A stretch of DNA of 64,000 nucleotides from the human T2T-CHM13v2.0 reference genome, Homo sapiens, in NCBI RefSeq assembly GCF_009914755.1, contig NC_060928.1; one strand, written 5' to 3'. The notes beneath the pieces were generated by a model, which did no database searches, was not told the DNA's origin, and worked only from the letters and a program-made list of their open reading frames with translations. The first letter of the stretch is position 1, and every line of letters begins with the position of its first letter. The position numbers and the translations under genes are program-made. Shown piece after piece: positions 25,831 to 39,099 of the stretch.

Positions 25831-28354
25831 GAGACTACTCTTTTTTTAAAGGATACCTGTACCAGGCAATAGACTGACAAGAATACAAATCTAAAAATGA
25901 CAAATTTCATCTATTTCTATGTAGCCCAACCTGGACATAAATTTAAGTACAGTATATTATTTTCTCACATATTGGATGTTTACTGATAGTTGACCAAACC
26001 ATGAGGAGACCCCCCAAAACAAATAAAACTGACCAGAAAACATGGAGAAGAGTTAATAGTAGCCACAGTTTCCTACTACATTATGGCTCAGATTTCTAGA
26101 CCTGTTTGAAAAGTTGAAAAATCTATGGTCTCATTCCTCAGACTGTTTTGTCCAACTGACCTGAACATCTGTCACTGGAATTTTTTTTCCTTTGGCATGA
26201 CACTTTGTGCCTACATGTTTTCTAAACTGCAGGTAACTTTTGAAAGGCCAAGTTCAACCATTATCAGATTTTAACATTTAGTATGGATTAAATTGTGAGT
26301 GCAATTTCTTCCCCAAAAGCTGGCCAGAAGGACTGGAGTTTGGGGAGGGATGCTTTGAAGACTGTGATATAAATGATGGGGTCCTGGAGAGGTGCAGGGG
26401 AAGAGGAGGCAGAGTGGGAAGCTGTGAGGTAGGAAAGAGAGGAAAATTTTCTAAAAGAAGAGGTAGGAGAAGATGACACAACACAAATGTTTCCAATTTT
26501 TCAGTGTTGCTGAAGGTCAACTGTGCTTCACACCTGGGCATTCTCCTGAATTTGCACTCAAAAGGGCCCATTTTCTGGCGTTTTTCTCATAGTCCTGGAA
26601 TAATCTTCATTTGACATGAGAGTCTTGATAAAAACAAGATGTTAAAAGTGGTTAGAGAGTTTCTCCTTCTCCAGCATGTGCGCTGCACTCCTGCCTTTCT
26701 TTTGGCATCCTTAACTTTTGGCAGGCCTCTTTCAATGCGGTGGGAATGGATAATATTAAGTATGTACTCTAAAGTAGCAAGCTGTGTAAAAACATTCAGA
26801 AGAGAGAACACTTTATCCCAAGCAGCACGTACAACATGTGGTAGAGTATAGTAAGTGAAATGTATGCTGCTTATGTACACTTAGTATTCAATTTATTCCA
26901 GGTGCTCTTATTTACAAAAAAAAAAAAAAAAAAAAAAAATGAGAGTAGTTAGAAGTACTGTATCTACCCTTGGGCTTCTCCCAGGAGGTGACTGCCTGTG
27001 TGCCACACTTCTTTGCTTGCAGGCTCCAGAGGACGCTGAGACTTGGAAAGGCAGACCTGCCCACCCCAGTGTGGAGCAGGGGTGGCTTGTAGGTGGGCCT
27101 GACCCCTGGGCTCTTTGCTACTGCATGTGTTCCATGCAACCCCAAGCATAAAAACATGGACTTGTGAAATCAAAGGGAGGCTTCAGACCTTCTGGTTTAC
27201 CCATCTCTTTTTACAGAAGAGGATACTGAAGCTCAGAAAAGTCACCAATTACTCAAGTTCACTTGTGGGTTTCCTCTTTTTTTATCCTGAATGAGCTTCT
27301 TACCACCTGGTCCCTTGCCTTCTCTTCCTGCCATCCCTCAGCCTCAGTGCGCTCTTCATTCCACCATAGAGTGTGCCCTGCTGGACCCCACTTTGGTTAG
27401 GCTTCCTCCATTTCAGGGTAGTGAGCTGCTAGCCCCTTTGAAGAGTTCTTACTAGTTTACGGGTGCCTCAGGTTGATTTCCTGGGGTTTTGGATAAAGCC
27501 ACCTTTCCATCTCTTCACTACTGCCTTTGGGGTAAATAGAACCATTGATTTAATAATACACGTACTAGATTCTCTCCCCCCACCTCTCTTTGGTAATATC
27601 TGGCAAGTGGATAGCAATAATTTTACTTAATGAACGTGATATTTACTGTAATAAATATTGGGTGCAGTAAACAAATGAAGTCAGAATCTAATAGCTCATT
27701 TAATCTTGGAAATCATGTAATCAGTACAGCAATGAAAGGACAATTCATGAGTCATAGATATTACCACACCTTAGGAGCCTTTTAAGATGAGTTTGATGCC
27801 AAGTGACTTCAGCCTAGAAAAGGCAATATCCCCTCATGACATGCCCTGAGGGGTTTCATTTGTTTATAAAATGACCGTTATGTAATTAGACTTTGACAAT
27901 GGTGTAACAATTGGGTTTTAAGTATTCTCATTTTGATTTATGATGCCATTTTATGTGGAAGGACATAATTTTAAAGTTTAATTAGAAAATAAAATGTTAC
28001 AGATGTAATGAACAAAACAAGAACGGTTCTTTAAATATCATAAGCATAAAATTGACTTTCTTCATCTATACACTGATTCTGAGAACTCATCATCAGTGAT
28101 GTTGAAAAGACAATTTAAGGTCTCACATTATTGGAACTACTATTTTAAAACCACGAGATGCCTGTACAAGCTGGTAATTACACATGTGCTGTAGTCTTTG
28201 CTTGTTTTTCCAATTCTAGTGTTTGTTGATTTTCCAGATACCCTACTTGGGCCCCTATGTCCCGTAGCACACGTCTGTAAGAAGGCTGGCATGGGATAAA
28301 AGTCTATGACCATGAAACGGAGCAAGGCAAATCTGTATCTTTGGGGCACATATC

Positions 28355-28645
28355 TTTTTCTTTTTTTCTTTTTGAGACACAGTCTTACCCTGTCACCTAG
28401 GCTGGAGTGCAGTGGCACAATCTCAGCTCACTACAACCTCTCCTTCCTGGGTTCAAGCAATTCTTCTGCTTCAGCTGTGATTACAAGCACCTGCCACCGC
28501 ACCCAGCTAATTTTTGCATTTTTAGTAGAGACGGGATTTCACCATGAATTTTCCTGGCTGGTCTCGAACTCCAGACCTCAGGTTATCTGTCCACCTCAGC
28601 CTCCCAAAGTGCTGTGATTACAGGCGTGAGCCACCGTGCCCAGCC
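28355..28645 (-). mobile_element. Alu (AluS-like, small internal deletions)
   Basis: TSD GGGGCACA(T/A)ATCTT. Confidence 0.95.
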
Positions 28646-29278
28646 TGGGGCACAAATCTTAACCTCATCAGGATATTCTGTCCAAACAAATGTATTTTGT
28701 TCTGTTTTATTTTTGAGTTTGTCCTTTTCTGTGCTCTGAAATTAGGATCTGGTCTAGTACTTAATTTGTATATTGTCAGTGCTCAATAAATAGTTAATGC
28801 TTGATTGTTTGCATAATAATTTGGAATAATGATTATCAGTGTAGAGTTTTAGCTGGATCATTAGAAAATGCACTTATGGCACTGTGATTTTAAGTGTTTC
28901 CTTGTTGTATCCACTGTTCAGTTAGCTCCTGCTTTCTCTTTTCTCCCTTTAATAATGACCGCCAACAAGGCCTTTTAAGCTAGGTTATGTATAGCCACAG
29001 GAATTTAGGAGAGGAGGAAAAGAAAAGTGGCAACTTCCAGGGGAACTCACCCTTTGAGCCATAGACTGTGGTTCTTAGAAGCCAGACCAGTCTCATTCTA
29101 AACACCTTCAGAATATTTTTAGTTTGAAGAAATTGGAAGGGCCTGGAGGCAACAGACAGCCAATATTCAGTGTTTATGTCTCATCCAGCTGTCTTCTGTC
29201 ACTCTTCCTGCACAAGGTGACTTTTGACTTGACCGGTGTATCTTTGATACTTACTCATTTACAGAAATGTATAATGGA

Positions 29279-29309
29279 TGTGTGTGTGTGTGTGTGTGTG
29301 TATGTGTGT
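29279..29309. repeat. (TG)n microsatellite
   Basis: Direct reading. Confidence 0.9.
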
Positions 29310-30089
29310 ATTTGTATTTTTATAGAGCTATTGACTTCTGCAATTTAACCTCTAAGATGAATTATCCAATAGAATTCTGAAATGAAAAGTTCACAGATTT
29401 TCAAGGTATTTTGGAGATTTAAAAATTGAAGAGAAGCTATGTGAATATTAAGTGTATGTTCCAGATATAATTGAACAATTGAAAGGAATGATCCTGGTTT
29501 AATTTATAATTAAGCTATACATTAATTTATAATGAAAACTTGTAATTAAATGATAACTCAAATTAGCCAAGAAAAAAGTATTTTTTAAAAGAAATTTGTA
29601 CAGAGTAGTAATGATCTGGCTGCATTCTGTGAACAGATTATTCTCTGTTCATAATTTAGGCACCTTAAGATGCTGGCACCTTAAGGTAGGAACCATGACT
29701 TCTTTATATAAATAAACATCATAAAAAGCTCAGTACTTTTTACTCAGAGAGTGCTCACTAAATGTCAGCTGATGAGGAAAACATTCTCTGTGGAACTTGC
29801 TGTGAAATAACTACTCATGAGGCATATGCTGTATAAAGCTTGGTCAAAGTTTACAGTTTTCTTGGTGTCTTGACATCTGTGTTTAGATACTTGGTCAATC
29901 TTTAAATGAAGATAATTATATATAGCAAAGTTATATTTGGGAAACATTTCGGAATTTTGGAGACTGGCTATTAGTTTTTCTTAGAATAATCTAGAGAAAG
30001 ATGAATCATTTTTCAGGAAAAATTGTTTAGAACTTTTATTGGGAATTCTGATTTCCTTAAAAGTATTTAAGATTTTTATCATGTACTAT

Positions 30090-30400
30090 TGTTGTAGGAA
30101 AATCCTGGTTCTTGTCACACGCCCAGGAAAGATTAGGCTCACAGACACTTTGGAGGGTGAGGGGTTATGGAATTTATTGGTCAGAAAGAAAAAAGGAAAA
30201 ACAACACAGCAAAGCAATAGGGGTTCATATTAACAGGCCCCCATCTCACAGATTGATTCCCAAGTTACCACCCCGAACAGGAGAGACCAGTCTCCTCCCT
30301 GCAAAGGGCGTGAACTTCTGTGGCTCCACCCCATTCTCCCAGTGTGCAGGCCATTTGGAGGTTCTCCAGGGACCCCTTTATACTTGGCTGTCCTGTCTCA
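30090..30400 (-). mobile_element. ERV1 solo LTR (MER61-like)
   Basis: TG...CA ends; 4-bp TSD CTAT at 30086-89 and 30401-04; minus strand has GGGGTGGAGCCACAGAAGTTCACGCC and AATAAA. Confidence 0.85.
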
Positions 30401-30714
30401 CTATGCAATATAAAACTTTCTCAGGTATGCTGTGCATTGTTTTTCATTCTTATTTTCTTTTGTGAATAATATCCTGGAATCAGTACGTTCTTCTACATCA
30501 TCTCCTTTTCTTTTTTTGAACTCTTTTAAATTCTAGATTCTGCCCTCAGTATTCCACTTAAATCATTCTTATGAGAGCACCAGTAGTCTTCTAATTTAAT
30601 CATGTGGCCTTTTCCAATTTTTCATGCTACTCTGACATGTGGCAGTATTGTCTGCCTCTGACTTCTTGATAATTCCTTGGCTTCTATTACATCACATCAA
30701 CCTGGTTCTCCTTT

Positions 30715-31397
30715 TGAAACTGCCTTTGCAAAAGTTATATCTGAGAAAATTATGACACTGCCAGAGATATGACCTAGCCCACTCCCCTCCTCTTGCCTTT
30801 AGCTTTCAAGCTGCCTTAATCATTTCTGGGCTTAGGCCCAGATAACTTTGGGAGATAGTTTAAAGGATAATAAGCCTTCCCCAAAACTCAACTGCCTTTA
30901 TAAAGCTAATGAAAGGCCCTCAGGCTTCAGGGGAGGACAGGAATCTGAGTTGTGCTAAGGTGTAGACGTATTAATAGATTGCCACTAGTGCACCAATAGT
31001 GGTGCAGATAACACCACTATTGTAGATTGGCCTTTTGAGATATCTTTTCAGGTTTTTTGCATGTCTGACACCCATGGCTCCAGCTGGACCTGCTAAACCA
31101 CTCCTGTGGCCCCACCCAGGAATGGTTCCACTCAAGAGGACAACTTTGACCCCCTATTATTTCATCTTCAGCCCAATGAATTATCAGTAAGCACCCATTG
31201 CATAGCAATCCTCACCCTTTCCCCCAAACTGCTGTTGAAAAACTCCTATCCCATGAGCTGTGGATGAGATTGGTTTGAGTACTAACTCTATCTCCCATGT
31301 GGCTTTGCCGGCCTTGTGTTTATTAAACTCTTTCTTTACTGCAATGCTGTGGTCTTTCCTTGTGCAGCAGGCTGGAAGAACTCCTCAGGCGGTTATA
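30715..31397 (+). mobile_element. ERV1 solo LTR (LTR8-family) inserted into an L2 remnant
   Basis: Starts TGAAACTGCCTTTGCAAAA, ends GCGGTTATA; 4-bp TSD CTTT at 30711-14 and 31398-401; ATTAAA at 31322. Confidence 0.85.
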
Positions 31398-34300
31398 CTT
31401 TTGCCCATCCAACTGTCTTTTTTTCCACTTTCTTCTGTTTTTTTTTTTGCATTTGTATTCCCCCAAGGTTCTGTTTTTAGCCTTCTACTCTTCTTTCTGT
31501 GTACTTGTATTCCTTCAGAAGATCATGTATTGTCTCTGTCTCTGTCTTGATTCCCCATCTCAATTTCCCACTGCTTGGAGGGCAGACACACTGCCATAGC
31601 TTCAACTTAACATACATAAAACAGAACTTAACACCATTTTCTCAAACTAGCACCCTTTCCTCCTGAATTTCTGCTTGTAGTGAATTATTATTCTTGTCTC
31701 CAAAGCTAGACACCATGGAATTGTCTTTGATGCCTTTCTCTACTTCTTTCGTATATATCTCTCTAAAATGTTTCCCAGCCATAGTGATTTCCTTGCCCTG
31801 CCTCTTGATTTAATGACCTCTACTCTCCTGCAATTTTAAGCACTAACCAGACCTACCTGGCTTTCCTTCTTAAACATGACCTACCTTATTTCTTACTGTT
31901 TACCATCCATACCTTCCTGAAGCTGTAGCACTCTGTGCTTTAATTATAGTCTCTTTAATGTGTCATAACGATTACTGTCACAATGATTGGCCTTTCTTCA
32001 TGTGACTCTTGTTTTTGAAAAATCCTTCTTTTTCTTATCAATTTCTCTCTCACAACTCCTCCCATCCTCACCTTTCTCTGGAAAAATCCTTTAAGATCCA
32101 GCCCAACAGACTTCTTTGTGAAACTTTCCTCTACCTTCCCAGGGAGAATTAATGGTTTTTACTGTTTTCCCATATACTTGGTACATAGTCTGAACACAGA
32201 ACTTCATGCTTTCTGTAATAGTTAGTGGTTTATGTGTCTGGCTTCTGCACTGGGACTGTGAACTCTTTGTAGGCAAGCACTGGATCCCATTTGCTGCATC
32301 TATCCTCACACACAGTGGCCACTCAAAGAATGTTTGTTAAATTGAAGATGTACTCAATAAATTAGCCAAGTCTCTTAACTTCCTTTCTGACCTTCCCTTC
32401 ACGTCTCCTGTCTTCCTTGTCATCTTAGCCTTTAACCAGGCAGTTTTCCTTAAGCTGAAATGTCCTGTCTGTCCTCGTACCTTATCCCATTTCCAGTCAT
32501 GCTTTGGGCCTTATTTCTTTCACATCATCCTGTATCCATCTTTCCTTTTCTGTGTGCTATCTAAAAATTCTCTCTAATAGCTTGTTGTATTTTAATTTTA
32601 TGTCCCCCAGTTTTACTGGAAATTCCTAGCTGGCAAGAAATTTTTATTTTTAAAAAATCCAGACCACATTACCCAGTAGTTCTTTACTCTTTCCTATTCT
32701 GAGGGTCTGAGGCTGAATTTACTCATCCCAGGGTCCTTTTGGCTTCATTGCTGAATGAGTGACCAGTCTGAGTCCCATGAAAAGGTTCACTCTATATTTG
32801 TTGAATGGGCAACAACTTCAAATAAGTATAAATACTATAGTATGAGGCATATAAAATGGTAAATTGAATGCAACAGCACTGTAGTTCTTTTCTGCAAACA
32901 CCTTTAACATTATTCAAGGGAAGCAATAAAGGCAAAGCGTAGTCATTTGTTGGATCACTTTTTATTTTGGAAACTTTTCAGCTGTTAAGTAACATATTAA
33001 TATTTCTAGCCAACATTAATGCTCAGTTCTAGAACTGGTTATAGTACTCTAATTAAGGAACGCAGACCTGGGAATTCATACCTGATTCAGACACTTCAAT
33101 CCTTACGTCAGTGTGTCTCTCTCTTACTCAGGTCTAAAACCAGTGAATCATTGTAAAAGTTAGTATTGGGGACTGTCTGGTACCATTGTTAATATTTTGG
33201 GCTGTGATGAAATGGCATGGATAGTTTCATCTGAAAATTTATTCAGATTTATGACCCAGTATTCATCACAACAATCTGAAAAACTCTTAAGAGGATAGAA
33301 ATTGTATGACAAAGTGAGTCACAGTCTTTGTGATGTGATGTCTGCAAGGGTGGGTGGGAGAAATTACTGAATGACCAGTCTCATTCTACTCCTTTCTAAG
33401 CTGAATCATTTTGTAAATAGAAAACAATTCATAAGTTTTTAGGTGGCCTTACATCAATAGGAAATGGAAGAGATTAAAACGGTCAAATAATGCTTCCATT
33501 TAAAAAATTACTTTTGGAAACATATCACTTGATAAACACTTTGCTTTTGAATTAGAAATGCAAATAATCTTTCTACTGCCTGCTATATATCTTTTAATCC
33601 AATACTTGCTGCATGTCTTCATGTATTCTTACTTTTTCTATTAATTATGTTACTTTTCTTGCCTAGATTTTTTTTTTATTCTACCAAGTGTCATTTGACC
33701 TTTCGTCTTATAGCTATTTCTAGTGTTGGCTCATTTGGAGATGGGGTGTGTGTGTTTGTGTGTTGGGGAGAGGTGTCATTTACTCACTGGCTGGATGACT
33801 ACTTGAATTGGATGGGGACTCAAGAGAAAAAGGTCCCTTTGATTTTGGAAATTCTGATTCTGGGATGGTATCATCTTGCATTTTGCATTGTGGGTCCTCT
33901 TCTGTTAACTTTTCATCTAAGCTTTTCTCCGAGTCATATTTTACCTTTAAATGTAAGACTTATTAACATTATTTCCTTATCTTCTTTGGGGTAAGGCATT
34001 TATTTAAAAAAAGCTAAGTGAAAAGAGAAATATTCTATTTTGAATGTGTTTCTAAGTGTTAGTTCTCCTTACATATTTATATATATCTACATTACTCTGA
34101 ACTCAGTAATGGGAGTATAATTGAAGTGAGATTGGGAAGATAATTTTGTTAACTGTTTTAATTGAGTGTACTAATGTATAAAGACATAGACAGAAGGTGT
34201 TGGATTGAAAAATAACGAATTACAGAGACACCCTCAGCTGTTAAAGGATGAGAAAAGTGAGACATAGATTATTTTTTGGAGGGTGGTATGAAAGCCCTGA

Positions 34301-34966
34301 AGTATTCATGGGATCTGTCCAGCTCTGTCCAGACAATGAGGGAGACTGCCATGGTGACTAGGCAGAGTCCCTTTGCTCTGTGGTAGAGGAAGGGTCAGGT
34401 GTTTGGCCTTTACCACTGCACTATGTTCCTAGGACCCTGATATTTACCAAGTACTTATTGAATGAATGAGTGAGTGAAATTTTTGAGAACATGCTCTATG
34501 CCAGCTTTATAAATAATATCTGTTTAATCTTAAATACAAACTTATGAAGCAGGTGTTGTTATCTTCATTTGACAAGTAAGAAAATAGTTTTTTTCCTATT
34601 GGCTTTTCAAAACATGATCTCTTTGTCCATAACAACTGGTGATTGTGCATTCTAGACTTCTTAGTGTTTAGAATACAAGTTCATGGCCAGAATTCCGCAT
34701 GGACAAACTAGCAGAAATTTGAACAGAAATAATGATTTAAGCAAATAATTTAAACTCTTTCAGAGGCTTTGCCATGTCCAGCAAAGTTGAAGTGTGTGCC
34801 ATCTATTCCTCTGCCCCTTCGTCTATTCCACTCTCCTTTGTTTAGGAAAGACTTCTGTCATGATTTAGTATGAGACAATTCTTCTTTAGTATTTAAGGGC
34901 TTCTTAAGATTTTTGAGTGGCATATACAAAAATAGCGTAGCATGTAATTAAGAATGAATACCATAC

Positions 34967-35274
34967 AGCCATGCACTGCATCATGATGTTTCGGTTAATT
35001 GCAGACCTCATGTATGATGGTGGTCCCATAGGATTATAATACTGTATTTTAACTGTATCTTTTCTATGTTTAGGTAACACAAATACTTAGCACCATGTTA
35101 CAGTTACCTACAGTATTCAGTACAGTAATGTGCTGTACAGGTTTGCAGCCCGGGAGCAATAAGCTATACCATCATCTAGGATTGTGTAAGTACACTCTAT
35201 GATGTTCACACAATGATGAAATTACCTAAGGATGCATTTCTCAGAATGTATCCCCATAGTTAAGTGACACATGA
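34967..35274 (+). mobile_element. Tigger3a/MER7-like MITE
   Basis: TA|CAGCCATGCACTGCATCATGATGTTTCGGTTAA...GGTGGTCCCATAGGATTATAATAC...CATTTCTCAGAATGTATCCCCATAGTTAAGTGACACATGA. Confidence 0.85.
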
Positions 35275-35277
35275 TCA

Positions 35278-35372
35278 TGTAACACAGTGGTATTTGTGTA
35301 TTTAAGCATATCTAAACATTGAAAAGGTACAGTAAAAATATGACATTATAGTCTTATGGGACCACTGTCATA
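35278..35372 (-). mobile_element. Second, inverted Tigger3 fragment
   Basis: Reverse complement of the 35012-35102 part of the adjacent element. Confidence 0.75.
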
Positions 35373-35898
35373 AAGATAACTAAAAGGATGTTTTCAAAGT
35401 ATAGTTAGGCTCTTCCAGAAAAAATCGAGGGTATCTTTTCAGTATTTAAGGACATGTGGTGTAAGATTTTAAAACAACAACAACAACAACAAAAGCAGAT
35501 GGGCTTGGGTTTAATTTTCTTCATTGAGTGAGATTGTCCATTAATCAATAATTTTCTGAGTGTCTACTATGTGAGGGAATAAAGACCAAGATAGATAAAG
35601 AGATACCAAGAAAGCATGTAGCAAGACACGTCCGGAAAAGTGTCTAAAAATTAAACTCCTCTTTCCTTTATTGACTCTCCTGTATTTTCAAATGGTATCA
35701 CCATCTTCCTTGCCAACCAGGCCCAGGTGTTAGAGTGAATTTCTACTATGTCGTTTTCCCCACTCCTCACTTCTCTTCTCAGGCCCTGTCCATTTCATTT
35801 CTGCAGCACATTCACACTTGTGCCGGTCACTGCAATCTTGCTGCAGCTTGTCTAGTTCTAACCCTGACTACTGCAACTGCTGTCTAACTGAGCTCATC

Positions 35899-36300
35899 TG
35901 TATTAGTTTGCTAAGGCTGCCATAACAAACATACCACAGTCTGGGTGGCTCGAACAATAGAAATTTATCTTCTTATAGTTCTGGAGGCTGGAAGTCCAAG
36001 ATCAGGTTTTGGCAGGTTTAGTTTCTTCCGAGGCCCCTCTCCTTGGCTTGTCGATGGCCACTCTCTAGCTGCCTCTTCACAAGATCTTTCCACTGTGCTT
36101 GTGTCTCTGTTGTCTCTTTGTATGTCCAGGTTTCCTCTTCTTATAAAGACCTCAGTCAGATTGGATGGGGGCTCACCCTGAAGGCTTCATTTTAACGTAA
36201 TCACATCTTTAGAGGCCCCATCTGCAAACAGGAGCACATGCAGAGATAGTGGGATTAGAGCTTCAACATGAGTTCGGGGAACACAATTCAGCCCATAGTA
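35899..36300. mobile_element. MaLR LTR (MLT1B/C-like)
   Basis: TGTATTAGTTTGCTAAGGCTGCCATAACAAA...TTCTGGAGGCTGGAAGTCCAAGATCAGG...ACACAATTCAGCCCATAGTA. Confidence 0.85.
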
Positions 36301-36418
36301 TCCCATAATAAAGGATGTTATTCTTTGCCAGAGTGAGTTAATTACTCTGTCTAGTTGTTCAGCAGTTGGACATTGTTTTTTCCTGAAGAGGAACTCTGAT
36401 CATGTTACTTCTCAGAAA

Positions 36419-36872
36419 CTCTCCTGGGCCCTTGCTTCCAAAACGCAAAAGAAAAGAAGGAATAATGGTCATGCCAAAAAAGGCCATAGCCACGTACAGC
36501 CTATTTGTGGCAGGAACTGTGCCCGATGCATGGCCAAGTACAAGGCTATTAAGAAGTTTGTCATTTGAAACATAGTAGAGGCTGCAGCTATCAGGTACGT
36601 TTCCAAAGCGAGTGTCTTTGACACCTCCGTGCTTCTCAAGTTGTATGTGAAGCTACATTGCTGTGTCAGTTGTGCCATTCATAGCAAGGTAGTCAGGAAT
36701 TGATCTTGTGAAGCCCACACGAACCAAATACCCCGATCCCGATTTAGACCTGTGGGTGCTGCCCCACGACCTCCACTAAAGCCCAGGTAAGGAGCTGAGT
36801 CCTTAAGGTCTGAAGAAAAACTATCTTCTGGAAAAAAATAAAATGAAAATTGTATTTAAAAAAAGAGAAAAA
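36419..36872 (+). pseudogene. RPS26 processed pseudogene in FGF2 intron 1 (sense orientation)
   Basis: 36443-36790 is 115 codons plus TAA, collinear with RPS26 ([50 protein letters not shown]...RFRPVGAAPRPPLKPR*). Start codon changed ATG>ACG; CGA>TGA stops at 36566 and 36701; RPS26-like 3'UTR; AATAAA at 36837-36842; short A tail; no introns. Confidence 0.97.
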
Positions 36873-37289
36873 CATCGTGGACTTGAAAGACTTCAATCTC
36901 CTGGTACGCACATTGCCCCCAGAGCTCACAGATGTTTCAAGTCTGTAAAAATCAGAAAACATAGGAAAGTTACCAGCAGATGTGTGGTTGTCATAGATAT
37001 AAAAAAGTGGGATACAGGGTGTTTTTGGAAACTCTAGGTAAGTAGTAAGCTTGATACAGATCTCTGAAAAAAACTCCAAGAGGTTTGAGAATACTGAAAA
37101 AGAAGATAACAGAGTAAGTAGTAACTAGGGTGCTACAATGGGAGAGTCATAATATATACATAGCCTTCGTGTGTTAATTTCCATGGAATATTTGACCGAA
37201 TTTCTCATAGCAACCTTCTGTAAAAGATGTGTATTTTCTTCAAGAGAGTCTAGAGTTTTTCGTATTTAGGATTCTTAGGCCAGGCTCCA

Positions 37290-37437
37290 ACAGCTAAATA
37301 AGTTTTATTGGCACACAGCCACCCTCTTTGTTTAAACATTGTCTGTGGCCACTTTCACACTACAATGGCAGATACCCCTCAAGGTGTAAAATATTTACTT
37401 CCTGGCCCTTTACCCCAGAAAATGTGCTGACCCCTGG
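37290..37437. mobile_element. MER58A-like fragment (hAT MITE)
   Basis: AAATAAGTTTTATTGGCACACAGCCAC...AAAATATTTACTTCCTGGCCCTTTAC...GCTGACCCCTG. Confidence 0.75.
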
Positions 37438-39099
37438 CTTAGGCCATATTTTTCATGAGGAGTGGACACTCCTTAGTCATGGCATTTCTGCTATTCCGCA
37501 CTATTACATTTAATACTAATTTCCTGACACTTGATGTCAGAAACTGTATAATATTGTCTATGGCTTTTATGGATATTCCTCCAACCTTTGGACAGGAATT
37601 GTTATTTCCAGGCTGATCTCTTATTTAAAAATGTATTTATTAATGATTTAATATCACTTTTAATAAACTGGAATTATGCTTTTCCTCTAAAAGAAAAAAA
37701 ATAAAGGTGATATAGATGCATTATCATAATCTAAAACTATTTTAATAGACAGCTGATCCTATTTTCCAATTACTAGTAAAACGTCATGCTTCAGATGATT
37801 ATGCTAAACCAAAGTTATGTTTTTTGCTAGACCGTCCACCCAACTTTTAACAGCAAAGTAACTAATTCCTGTGTAGCAGGAAAATTCACTTAGTTATTTC
37901 CATATATATTTTGCAACTCAACTAATTTTTCTTGGAAGATACTGCAGGAAGTTACATTATTCAAAGTTAGATATTCTCTGTTTTAGTGAAATTTTAAAAA
38001 ATTAACAGTTTGGATATTTGGTTACACCTACTTTGAATATTTTCCTCACTTAAATTATTTTTGGCTATGCTTAATGATGTAGAACTGTAGAGCTTTTATG
38101 TTAAAGAATTCTGGAGAATATTGGCTCTGCCCATGGGTATCACTCCAGAAGTGGATGAATGTTCCTGTTGGATTCCTCTCTTTTTCTAGAAGAAGCCTAA
38201 TGCCCACCATGGCTGACAGTTAAAGCACACAGTTCTGCTCTCTAGGTTAGGTAGGACAGACAGCAGAACCTTTCTAAAGACCTGTTGGGGGAAATACTAT
38301 TTATGGAAGCCTGCCTCAACGATGTATGGAGTGCATCTTTCCTCCAGACAGAGAGTTTTAACCTGGGAGTTCATGGATTTGCTTTAGGTTTCCCTTAAAA
38401 ATAGATGCAAAATGCTAGGTTGTTTTTCTGAGGAGAGGGTGCATAGCATTTTGTCAGATTCTCAAAAGGTTATCTGTGGTCCAAAATGTTAAGGACAGTA
38501 TCACTAGAAACACTAAAATATGTCTTTTAATTAATCTGACATCTGGGAGAGAACCAATTTGAACCACATGACAGTGAAAATGAGTTTACTGAATTGTGTG
38601 TTGGGGTGAAACTTTAGTTTATGGTGAGTGATTTTGTGAGAAACATCTCTGTGAAGCTCGTCTCTGTGTATAATTAACAGAAACATTAAAGAAATGTTGA
38701 GGACTGTTGTTGATCTCATTACATAGTGTCCACTCTGAGGTTCCTTAGGAGAAACTTCTCTGTGGTAACTATGTTGGGTCTAGTTATGCTTTTCCTTAGC
38801 AGCCAGCTTATTTTTATCTTATGGTCTCTGGGAAATTTCTTATTGCTGCTGGCTACTAGAAAGCCAAATATATGGCCTGCTTCTAGCAAGTATAATAATC
38901 TCACTCCTGGCTTCATCAGTTTTAAACCCTTCATTTGTATTTGCCTTATTAAAAAGCCATTTTTAAAGTTTTTTGTTTTGGTATATTGTCAATATCTTTG
39001 TAACTCACCTTAAATATTACTTGGGATCAAACACATTATACCTCAATAAAAATAATATATTGATTAATTTGCTATTTTTAACCACAAAGTACCACTATA

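Noticed and set aside
26916-26939. Isolated A24 tract
   Set aside because: No upstream poly(A) signal, retroelement body or TSD seen; treated as a simple homopolymer and an internal-priming hazard.
29085-33388. Exact 16-mer GACCAGTCTCATTCTA at 29085 and 33373
   Set aside because: About one such match is expected by chance among all position pairs in 64 kb; flanks do not align.
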